Origin: Botryllus schlosseri | Lineage: Eukaryota | Direction: 5' to 3' | NCBI GenBank assembly: GCA_051294905.1 | Contig: CM119372.1 | Span: forward strand, 30,816,001 to 30,880,000 | DNA: 64,000 nucleotides | Shown here: piece after piece, positions 1-10,922 of the stretch | Position numbering within the stretch: position 1 is the first letter of the stretch | Layout of the letters: the number at the start of each line of letters is the position of its first letter | Notes under the pieces: model-generated | What the model was told of the DNA's origin: nothing | Databases searched by the model: none | Seen by the model: only the letters and a program-made list of their open reading frames with translations | Made by a program: the position numbers and the translations under genes

Positions 1-510
1 AAATATCTTTTGATAAATTGGAATAAAATGGCTATTCCTAAGTGCTGGGGATTTATCTAGGCTCCACATCGCCATCGGGATCCGCATATGCGGTGACTCA
101 CAAAAGCCTAAAATGAATGAAGGCCTTGCATGCCGGCAGCTCTGTATAACAATGAGGAATATGGGCCTGGTGTTAAACTGACGATAGATGACACCATTCA
201 TACTTAACAACAAGCTGAGCGCGTGTTGGGCCGATACAATTACGTGTTACCTGCGATACAATGCCAAGTTCGATCTATCGTGATGTAGTCGCAAATCTCA
301 TATCACATCGCCATTGTGAGCAGTCAATCAAACCGTTTTGGCCAATGGGAAAATACAAACCGCCTTTAATATGTGTAATTGTGTATGACTACTAATTGAC
401 GTGAATCACTTGATTCGATTCGAGCAAGATTTCGAGTCAGTGATTCGTATATCCCATCCCTTCCTTGGATCCATGATTGTAACGCCAAAATTTGAAACTA
501 CAATTACACA
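1..510 (+). repeat. Left arm of a long inverted repeat (partner about 8350-8826); includes a SINE fragment
   Basis: Bases 1-120 are the reverse complement of about 8705-8826, and 230-510 of about 8350-8640. The arms are diverged and contain indels. Confidence 0.85.
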
Positions 511-1051
511 AAGCGGGGCCTACGATATCTACACACAGAAGCCTTACCGTGATGATTCAATGGCAGGTGTTATGAAAGTAACTTGATGCCTCTGACGGCT
601 AATATTAAGGACTACCGGATTTATATATTGTCAAACTAATATCTGATTCCGGCTTCAAATTCCAGCCTCAATCCGTACTCCCATGTCTCTTCGTATCATG
701 TCCAAGTGTATCAAAATACGCCAACCTAGGTTGTGTCAACAGAAGGAGCTCAACTAAAAATAGTACGTTGAGCTTTAAGCGATCTCTTCGCCACGATTAT
801 TCGATATTTCATGCTGTTGACGTCCTATTTGGTTATACGATTGTTGATGCACAATGTTCCTTCCAATTCTCTACTAGTTGCTGACGGCTTACCCCTGCCG
901 ATTGTCAGCTGAAATTAGTTGGGTTTATTTCAATGTTTTACAATTCAATTGTAATAATAAATCCAAGTGTATAACCCTTGAGCGACTGCAATTCGTCCGA
1001 CGTCACGTGGAAATTGTCAAATATTTGAAATTCTCCTTCATCTCTCTTCAG

Positions 1052-3968
1052 GTCCTACATGAAAAAGGAAGGGAGTCAAACGGACAAATTGGAGCTGCTT
1101 ATGACGAAAATCGGTGTCTTCTCAGTGTTGTACACAGTGCCCGCGTCTGTGGTCATCGGCTGCTATTTTTACGATCTAGCGCAAAAGAGGTGAGTCAACG
1201 GGTCGCATTTTTCTGCATGTGGCTACGTACGATATCTTTTCAAAATCTGTGGTTGAAAAGAAAGAGCTTGGGAAACGGAAATGTTCAGATATGAGCGGAT
1301 TTCATATTTTCCAATCAAAATCCTATTGCACATTTGAGATTCGAATCCAAGTCCATATCCAAATACGGAAACATCGAAAATTCTGGATTTCCAAATATCG
1401 ATAGGAGCCTGTTTCGATCTTAGATGTCATCGAAACTGGATGTACACTCGTAAGCATTATTTGAAGCAATTTTGTATTTACATTCTCCTTTTCTACGAAC
1501 TTGAGTCACTGGCAAATGTGAACATTAGGGCTGTTCAAAAATAACTTTTTTTCCTGAATCTTGTGGGTTACTTGATTAAATCATTAGGTTGCCTTAAAAA
1601 ATGACGCACACCAAATTCGAATTCATTACAACCAATATTCGCGGATTTCGTAGAGTTTGAAAATTTTGAATTTGCCTAAAAATGCAAAAAAATTTTTTTT
1701 TTCAATTTTCCTTCCAACCTTATGAAATTGTTGCGCTGTCTTCAAAAACGATGCACAACAAATTTGACTCAATTCCAAGCTGCAGAAGCCGAGTTATACA
1801 AGTTTTTTGATGATAATTCTGGGATGATCCATCAATCAAGGATAATCCCAGAATTATGATAGAAAAACTGGAATAACTCCACTTCTACGGCTTCGAATTG
1901 AGTCAAATTTGTTTTGCATCGTTTTTGAAGACAGCGCAACAATTTCATGGGGTTGGCAGAAAAATTTGAAAAATTTTTTTTTTGCATTTTTAGGCAAATT
2001 CAAAATTTTCAAACTCTACGAAATCCGCGAATATTGGTTGTAATGAATTCAAATTTGGTGTGCGTCATTTTTTAAGGCAACCTAACGATTTAATCAAGTA
2101 ACCCGCAAGATTCAGGAAAAAAGGTTATTTTTGAACAGCCCTAGTGAACATGGATTCGAAGCTTTAACATTATTTGAATATCAAAACGTTGATTCATATT
2201 GGCATTATATCTCCGGTCCTTAGTCGCATATACACATCCGATGGGTGCATGATAAGTTAATACTTGAAGCAAACATTTCCATTTTTGTAGCGGTTCTGAG
2301 GGGCGTCACGCAAACGCGCCAGTGACTATGATCCGACTTATCATGCAATTAATCATCGGAGTATTTGCAGGTAAGATTTTTTCTATTTTCGAAATCGCAA
2401 GAGGCGTCGTTGTGACTAACACAGGCATTTGGTCTGGCTTTCCGATAACCTCTGACTCCACTCGCAGCTGAAACCAAGTCCACATACAGCAGTACCTTAA
2501 ATTTATTGACAAGTCAGTTGCAAATTCAAAATTATTCAAAATTTCATGCCAAGATCTCGCAAGAATAGTATATCATAATCCGACCCCAAAGTCAAGACCC
2601 TGTTTTTCTAAAATCATAATCCTGCAAATCCCAAATGCTTTCCCTATCAGTACCGAATCGAAGTCAAGAAATAAGTCAATTCAAGTGGGGGTATGAGTAT
2701 TCAGCGTTTCTACCCGACTGGAAGTAGAGGTATTACCGTAAAATTTCTACTCAATTCGAAGTATCGAAAACTGCTTCAGGTCAAAGTATGATTATGAAGG
2801 GACGGAAAAGTACTCAAGTAATTGGTTTCAAAAAGCAGATTTGACTTTTAGCAGTCGATCGAAGGTGGCTACGTTCTCATTTGCAAGTCGCAAATTCACG
2901 ACTAGCACAAAATTACTAATACCACTAGAAATAGGTACAATGCTATTCTAAGTACATGTATTTTTGAGAGACATTATATATATATTCACTTATCGCGATA
3001 CAGTGACCATTTCACGTGGTTCTTATGCAACATACCCTAAGAGTATTTCCCACTTTTTTGATTCCAAATTGATACAATCGAATAGTTTTATACATAAAAG
3101 TGATCAAGTTTTAGTGGAAGTACCGGTATTCTAAAACATAACTACTCGTGTAATCAGTGGAAATACAGGCAAAGCAACTTGAGGACAGTACACCGTTACT
3201 GACCACTTCTTCTTTATCCCCATCGAAACTAGCATGTTACTGCTGTGAATGACCGCGAATCCGCACTCACCCAAAATTTTAGAAGTTGTGAATTCAAATC
3301 GAAGTCCACACTGATCCGTTATCTCTACCCGACAGCAAAATCTCACCTTTCTACATCTTGCAGGCGTGTGGGTGTGGTCGTATAAGACCCTCGAGTCGTG
3401 GAAGAGATGCGGAAAGTCTGCGCTGCGATGCGCGTCGTCCGATCTCAACCTGAAGAAAGACTCCGTTACATCACGAACTTCCAGCCTAAACCAGGTCCAA
3501 CACAAGAAGCTGGTGTCGTCCGCCAGCAGCGGACCGGGGTCCTGCGTCTCGAGCGCTGGCGATTCCCCTTCTCGATGCGCAGGCTGTGGTACGGGACCCC
3601 AAAATCCCAGAAAATACAAACGCAGCAACAATAACATACCGAGTCGTTCTGTAACTCACACGGAGTCCGGTTCCGCCACAACGAAAAACCGGTCGCATGC
3701 AACAGACAAAGAGTCTCGTCATCGCTCCGACGCTAATCCTGAAAGCTCCCTATTTCTAGAAAGCGACTTACGCGTATACCTGCCTAACGAAGCAAAAGGA
3801 CATGCTGTTAGATACTCTCCCATAGGCCAAGGTTCCACTATGACTTCGGCGGCGTATAGCGGCAGTAGCAAACGCCAAAACAGGCCTAAAAACTCTCGGA
3901 CGACCAAGCAAACTGCCGGCAGTAGCAGTCGGCATATAGGCCGTATGCAAGGTAACCCCACCGCATGA
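1052..3968 (+). CDS. FZD4: Frizzled family Wnt receptor, last three coding exons (ICL3-TM6-ECL3-TM7 and C-tail); Fz4-like; 5' part lies upstream of the window
   Basis: Exons 1052-1189, 2291-2370 and 3364-3968 have GT-AG borders and matching phases. They splice to [88 protein letters not shown]...GNPTA*. This contains the Frizzled [18 protein letters not shown] signature and the KTxxxW Dishevelled-binding motif. The Fz4 assignment (short ECL3, KIG, Cys just after KTxxxW) is inference. Confidence 0.93.
1526..2143. mobile_element. Fully palindromic non-autonomous hAT-type MITE in a Frizzled intron
   Basis: Termini TAGGGCTGTTCAAAAATAAC / GTTATTTTTGAACAGCCCTA; arms of about 300 bp around a 9-nt loop (1831-1839); perfect 8-bp TSD GTGAACAT (1518-1525, 2144-2151). 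Confidence 0.92.
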
Positions 3969-6169
3969 TATTCGCGACGCAACCATTACGTCACGATACG
4001 TCAAAATCCTGAGAGATGGCAGCGTGTTTACCGAGCGTCGGAGCCTGGCGTTAACTATCCGCTGGCTGTAAATGACGGCGCTGTACAGCTGCGCGCATCA
4101 AAGTACTACATCCAAAGCAGTGTGTGGTAAAACTACGATACTGACACGATGGTAATAGTAAGCCTTTCGGCGATACTTGTTGTGAAGCTGTACAAATATC
4201 GTAAATTACCAGGTACTGACCGGTACTATTTGAAGACACATAACCCCCAAACCTGGAAGGACTTCAATATTTGACTACTTTGAAGATAGCCGCTGGGTAA
4301 AAAGTCGGTACGCCTAGCACAGGTGTCGTAACTGCGATTAAACAGAGACCGTAAATCTTTCTAGGAATCCCTCAGATATCAGAACTAATGTTCTGGCCCT
4401 GATGTTGGGAATTGTGTGCATATATTACGAAGATCGGTTGGAATTTTCAGTCACCAAACCTACTTCAATTACTTATGCCGACATGATACGAGCAAGCGAC
4501 CCGCGTCACTGCCGCTCGGCTTTTTTCTTCAAGCGATATCCACTACACTGTGATTTCCATTTGTTTTTTCTTTCACCACAAGTCAACTCGCAAATTGCCG
4601 GCTAGCGGCGAGATCCTTGCTAGACGGCGCCAGCGCTGCACACGAACCGTAACATTCGGGCCGAGTTACTTTATCAGTAGAGACACTAAAACAGCAGGTT
4701 GCGACGTAAGAGTAATGGGCGAAATGACACAGAGTTCAAATCGGAAAGCAGTTCAAAGCGGCCTACGTGGCGGCTTACAATCGAGTTACTAATACCCGAT
4801 ACCCGACACCCTGTTATAGTTCGCGGGCGCTAATCGCCGCGTGAGAAGCTAGCTTTGTTTCAAGTTGCTGCATTTTGCCGCCGTAATAATCGCTAAAATG
4901 TGATTGTGTCGGTTTAAAGTCGCACTTTCAGTCACCGTCTGTATTCAATTTGACAAATACCAGCGGTTCTCAACCCCCGGACCGTGTCAACTTTAATACT
5001 GTTCAACCAAATATCTTACATCATATATCACAATTGCAAAATGCAGGAAGTTGGACGCTTGTGCATTAATTACAGAAATGAAACATCCAATTTTTTTAAT
5101 GATTGAGAAATTAGGTGTAAAAATCTCGTTATATAGAGCTCATGGTCTGCTTTGCGTACATCACAATTCGCGATGCTTCGCGTGTTTACAAGTAGCTTGC
5201 ATCTCGTATATGTGAAAAAAGACGTTGTAGACAAAATTCCTCGTAATTTCGACCGTACAGTTTATGGCGCTTGACAGTATAACAGCAAAGTCGCAGTTCT
5301 TTCCAAAGAAACCGAACAATCGAAATCAAGTCGGTGGTGTAGGACTTCGCCTTGCAGATACTTCAATAGAGCGACATTAAGTAGATTTCTCTTTAAATTG
5401 AAGTTCCAATATCAGCTTTTGAATCGTGAAAACAATTTGGGTGCAAGGGGCTGTCGTTCTTCTGGCTACACCCCTGCGCACTAAATCGCCAAGGCGTGCT
5501 CATGTCTGACCATGCACCATGCATGTGGGTACTGTTTTTGTCAAGCTTCTCCATACCGCGAATGTGGTCCTTGTGATGTTCCTATCTCCGCATTTTGAAT
5601 ACTTTCTTCAGTGCCCGCGTATTATATTTTAACGTGCTTTTGAGGTGATATTCCCCGTTCTTCATTCGTTGTTTAAAAGTTATTCTACATATTTCTTTGT
5701 CTGCCTCTTTTTCACGATTCGTTTCAGTGTGACTTCAATACCCTAATTGCTGAAAATTATTTGCTTACTCGATTAAAATGTTTGATTGATCTGGAATTTG
5801 TTGTGGTTGAGTATCTGGACGAACGATATTGACGCCGCGTTAACAGCACAATGCTCTTGCTCATGGCATCCAAAGCACGTACGGTTCAATGTAGCTAAGA
5901 AGCAGAAATCTACATAGGTTTGGATTTTGAGCGGGATTTAGATAGAAGAGAGATTTTTCCTTATCAGAAAAACTCATCTGTATTTGGATTTGAGCATGAG
6001 ATTTTCCATCAATTCCCCTGCGATTTTCCGTGAATTTGCTCAATTCCGAATCAGAACTTGGTGTTTGACATGTATTAGATAGCCTACTTGATTCATCAGA
6101 TTTTGAAATACATTATCCGCTATTCCTGTTGAGCAGGCATGATAAGTATAAAACCTTCAGATAAAATAC

Positions 6170-6680
6170 GGCTGCATGTTGGCGAAGACGTTCGACATTG
6201 ATATGTCCACTGTCCGAAATGACCAGGGTCGTATCAAATGATACCCGATCAGGAAAATATCGAGCCCCTGCGCCGAAATGCGAATTCGAAATCGTGATCG
6301 TCTCACGAAAGGAGATATTCTTCTAGTTTCGTCTGGTACGTGTAAGCGTAAGCAATATCTGGAGCAACGACAACCTTTACCGCGACCCTTGGAGCTTAGC
6401 AGACAAATCTAGTGTCAGACCAACCTTAATATGACATCAGACCGACTTGTATGACACACTGACACAGGGGTCAGCACATTTATCATCATTAGGCCAGGCA
6501 ACATTGATTGGCCTGTCACTGATTGGATATATGGTGCCGAACCCAGTTGGCTTGGAAACGACCAAAGCAACCACAAAAGGTCCATCATTGCGCGACTAAA
6601 AATATATGGTGCAAATATTACGTACATTTAGGCGACATGACTTGTGCGGTAGCGACCAATAAGTTAAGAATCACTGGCGT
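6170..6680 (-). mobile_element. Degenerate dispersed repeat, probably the 3' part of a CR1-like LINE
   Basis: Clearly similar to 48180-48810 and more distantly to 24720-25075 and 54940-55265. The LINE identity is inferred from a YQTKLEEYLLS*-like ending on the minus strand. Confidence 0.5.
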
Positions 6681-6701
6681 AACCGATGCCGTTGCCAGCT
6701 G

Positions 6702-7660
6702 CAGAGAGAGAGAGAGAGTTTATTTTCATCGAACCAAAATACATAACAAACGGCAGTGATGGTGGTACAGAAAATATGCGTGCACAGTATTCGGTATTAG
6801 ATAGGAATGATCGATAAGACCGTGAAGGTCATCTAGTCTGATCACACCAGCATCAAACAGGTACACTTGACTCTGAACAGTCTGGCTGTAAAAAATGTTT
6901 AGTTAAGAAAGGAAAATAGAAAAAAAATTAAACAATGGTAGCAAATGATCAATGAAGCAATGTCTGGGCGAGGTAGGGCAACAGTGTTAGTGTAACGACA
7001 AGAGGTGATCAAGTAGGGCTTTTTTGAATCTATTATAATGCAATTCACGGCTATGTGGTGGTAATGCATTCCAGATGATAGGTCCCGAGTAGTCGATAGA
7101 TCTCTTAGTTAGGTTGCTATTGGGTGGGGGTAAGTAGATGTTTCCTTTAGACGAGGATCTCGTGTAATGGGAATGGACATGTTTAGCAGGTATGAAAAAG
7201 TCATCAAACACAGGAGGCAGACTATTGGAAAAATATTTGTGAACAACTTTTGATACTTCGAAGCGATATAGTTCATCAACTCGCAAAATTCGATGCTTAC
7301 GGTAGTAAGGCGATAAATTGGTACGTAAAGGTACAGATGAGATCATCCGTATCGCACGGTTTTGCAGAGTTCGAATTCTGCACAAAAATGTTGTGCATGC
7401 ATTTCCCCATACTACGATTCCATATTGCAGATGAGAGTGGAAAAGAGAGAAGTAGATGGTTCGTAGTACTGATCTGGAAACCAAAGATTGGAGACGGGTC
7501 ATTATTCCCACACACCGAGCTAGTTTTGATATTGTGCATTCAATATGCTGCTTCCAAGACACTTTGGAATCAATGGTGACGCCGAGATATTTTGCTGAGT
7601 CACATATTGAGATTTCTTTATGATTGATGTTCACAGTGAAATTATGACTGGCATTATTTA
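6702..7660 (-). mobile_element. 5'-truncated CR1/L2-like LINE: RT C-terminal ORF, 3' UTR and (CT)n tail
   Basis: Open frame AKYLGVTIDSKVSWKQHI...LRTIYFSLFHSHLQYGIVVWGN...HSHYTR...SIDYSGPIIWNALP to a stop at 6987; AATAAA followed by (CT)n on the minus strand at about 6702-6724. Confidence 0.88.
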
Positions 7661-7678
7661 AAACGAGCATCTCGGTCT

Positions 7679-7949
7679 TAGAGAGAGAGTGAGAGAGAGA
7701 TATGATATTCTTTTTCGCCTGCACCATCGAGATGCTTTGACGATGGAGTTGCGATACGGCCCCATGAGGTCATCTAGTATGCGCCCCTGTTTTTTTTTCT
7801 CCTCCATGCTATACGTGATTGCTGAGCGCCTAGCAGGATAGCTGCGGATACCAATTTTCGAGTCTTTGGTATGACCCGGCCGGGGATCGAACCCACGACC
7901 TACCGCTCGAGAAGCCGGACGCATAACCATTACACCATAGTGTCCGGTC
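7679..7949 (-). mobile_element. tRNA-derived SINE, family A
   Basis: Minus-strand head with Pol III A-box (TGGTGTAATGG) and B-box (GGTTCGATCCC); (CT)n tail; near-identical copies at 36734-36986 and 38825-39100. Confidence 0.9.
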
Positions 7950-8349
7950 GACCCCGGCAGCAGCTCGTTTTGAAGTGTCGAAAGATTATCCAGGCTCCTC
8001 TTCCATTACGTCGCTATACCTACTGTGTCTTAAAAACAAAGGCCTGCGAAAGACCCGGTCAGGGACAAACGAAAAACAGCGAATGGAATGCTGTGTCTGC
8101 TACTGAACTATTTTATCACAAATCACCGGGCTTTCATAACGTGAGCTTTTGTCGCGGTTGGTTTCCATGTCACTTTCAAATGGATGCGGTTAATTAGAGC
8201 GACCAGCTGCCATCAATCAATTCACGACTGCCAACGAAACTGTAGTAGTTTATGTTGCGTGGAGGAGATTACCTTTATCAGGACTGCAACAGTAATAGGA
8301 AGCTTGTTGAAGTTACAGTATCAAGTTTGGACGCGGTGCATTGGAAGGT

Positions 8350-8826
8350 GTTTGTGTAATTGTAGTTTTAAATTTTGGCGTTACAATCATGGATCACTGG
8401 AAGGGGGGGGGGGGGGATAACGAATCACTGACTCGAAATCTTGCCAGAATCGAATAAAGTGATTCACGTCAATTAGTTGGAATACACACATTCAGGTAGT
8501 TTGTATTTTCCCATTGTCCAAAGCGGTTTGATTGACTGCTCACAATCGCAATGTGATATGAGATTTGCAAGTCCATCACGATACAAAGTCCTCCATCGAA
8601 CTTGGCACTGTATCGCCGGTAACACGTAATTGTATCGACCCCACACGCACTATGAATGAAATGAATGAATGAATTTTAGACATCTATCGTCAGTTTTACA
8701 CCAGGCCCTCATTCATTTTAGGCTTTTGTAATCACCGCTTATGCGGATCCGATTGCGATGTGGAGCCTAGATAAACCCCCAACACTTAGGAATAGCCATT
8801 TTCTTTCAATTTATCAAAAGATATTT
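8350..8826 (-). repeat. Right arm of the long inverted repeat (partner 1-510)
   Basis: Reverse-complement similarity to bases 1-510. Confidence 0.85.
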
Positions 8827-9469
8827 TGAGTTTGGACTGATCTGTATTTACGAATTTTTGTTAAACCGGATTGCAGTCAGGGTTAGAAATTCGTATTGAT
8901 TTTGAATTGTCATACTGCTGAATGAAGAATATCAGTGAGTAACGTACATGGATGACATCGTGTGAAATTATATATACATTTCTTTTTCTATGTAGAGCGT
9001 TGTATTTTAAGACACATGCAATTTTAGCAAACAAGTTACGTGGAAAATTTGAAGTTCAGATTTCCCGAATACGGTACGAAAGTTTATCCATTGAAGGAAG
9101 GAACCTAATCTGCTGTCCAATCCATCGCAAACGACAATCACGGGAATCCCAGTTAAGACAAAAATGTGAGATTAACTCTCTCGTTTCACCAGACAGCATT
9201 GTTGCGTCCCAATGCCAATCTCCATAACAATGAAAAATTCGAGGCTGATTGTGGGGGTTCCAGGGCCACGAGCGGAATAAAATTTATATTTTCGTAATCA
9301 GTGCTGAGTCAGCTTTCGATTGATACTCGTTTCACCAAATTTAATGCTCGGCAAGCCGGTCAAAAATGACCGTCAAATTGCGTGTAGCCAAATGGAAATT
9401 GTGACGTGATACAATTTCACTGAGCCGTGAGATTTGCTTGTGTCGACACCATATAGGACACTATGATTA

Positions 9470-9715
9470 CACTATCTGCATTCAAACTTAGTTTGTTTGC
9501 TTGGAGCCATCTCGACACTTTTGGGAGTTCCCTATTCACAGATGCATGCAAACCATCGACAGTGTTGGAGGTTATGAAGAGGTGAGTATCATCAGCAAAT
9601 AGCGTTGTGCGGAATAAAGATGCATTAACAATGTCGTTAATATAAATGAGGAAAAAAGTCGGTCCAAGGACTGAGTCTTGTGGCACTCCACAAGTTATAT
9701 CTCTGGTGGTCGTTC
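9470..9715 (-). mobile_element. CR1-like LINE reverse transcriptase core fragment
   Basis: ITCGVPQDSVLGPTFFLIYINDI...LFADDT...WLQANKLSLN, i.e. the GVPQG and FADD RT motifs. Confidence 0.88.
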
Positions 9716-10922
9716 TTAATGATAAGCGGTTGATGGGATTCCTTGCTTGAATAGCTAAATATGACAGAATTAAAAATGTTTGGCACTCCAGTTGGTAATA
9801 AGTTGAAGTTTTTTGACATTTTGGCACGCTGCATGCAAAAGGTTGCTGAGCGCTTTGTTACATCGTTTTAGGGGTAGGCCTACAGATTAAATAACTGGAG
9901 TTGCATCTATGAACGTAACAAATGCACAATGCACATCCTATCGTGGATAAATTTCGATGTGAAGCGTTGAATACTCAATGGTAAATGAAAAAAACGCCCT
10001 CTTCATTTCGTCTGTGTTTGAAAATTGCAGTCTTTCTTTCGTAGGCTTATGCATAGCCTACACGTGGTTTGTATTACCAAATTTATGCTAATTATTGTGA
10101 ACATGAAGCTAGTTCTAATGTGGTGCAGTACGTCTATAGTCACACCATTACCATATGTTTGGAAAATTAGCTACAAATACGAATAAAAAGGACATTTTTG
10201 CGCTGAATATAACGAACACCATAGCTTTATGCAGAAGAGTTGCGATTAGCTGATCTATTGCGCCGATAGCACATGCTCATTCTTGTGGTTTTTGCGCAGA
10301 TATACTTCTAAAACATTTAATATATGCTGTTCGGATGAAAGGAAACATAATTTTAAATAAATGAAAAATAATTTGAAGAAAATACCCAAACTCGCTGATA
10401 CCTTGAAAACTAGAGCCAATTTGCAAAAACTGGTGGCATTTTCGAGCTCAGCACCCCCGATAAACTCTACAATCGTTCTCGCTTTCCATGGCAATTTGCT
10501 TTTGTTCGCCAGTGATAAAATTGATCGACTATACAATTGCAGAATGCAGCTGCATACATATGTTCGACGGCTCTTTTGATAGTCTACCCATTCATTAACG
10601 TGGCCTGTTGACCGCTCGATGGGTCTTTGGTGCTACAAAAAAATCACAAAGGGCGATGCGTGCTTCAATCTTCCATCAGCGATTTCTGACCAGATAACAA
10701 TCTAGCAGAGTACACACTACACAGTGAACGGAGGCCTATTGCAGTTCTTATGCCACGGCCTATTTTCTGATCGAGTCGGAGGCGGATCGTAGCAACGATA
10801 ACAATTCATGTAGGCTACCCGTTGCCGAATTACAATGGTTCCATGACGGGATTGCTCGGGGTCCGTAAGTGAACTGGAAATCGACCACTTAAGCAACAAA
10901 ACTCCATCAACCTGATGCGGAT

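Noticed and set aside
878..1404. ORF-track proteins 878..1294 and 1219..1404
   Set aside because: Wrong frame or intronic; the real coding piece is the Frizzled exon 1052-1189 in another frame.
3131..4004. Several overlapping antisense and alternate-frame ORFs
   Set aside because: Shadows of the GC-richer Frizzled terminal exon; no recognisable motifs.
7860..7949. Possible tRNA genes (also about 18671-18750, 36900-36986, 39020-39100)
   Set aside because: These tRNA-like heads are followed by a shared body and simple-repeat tail in multiple copies, so they are SINEs; no complete cloverleaf was recognised.
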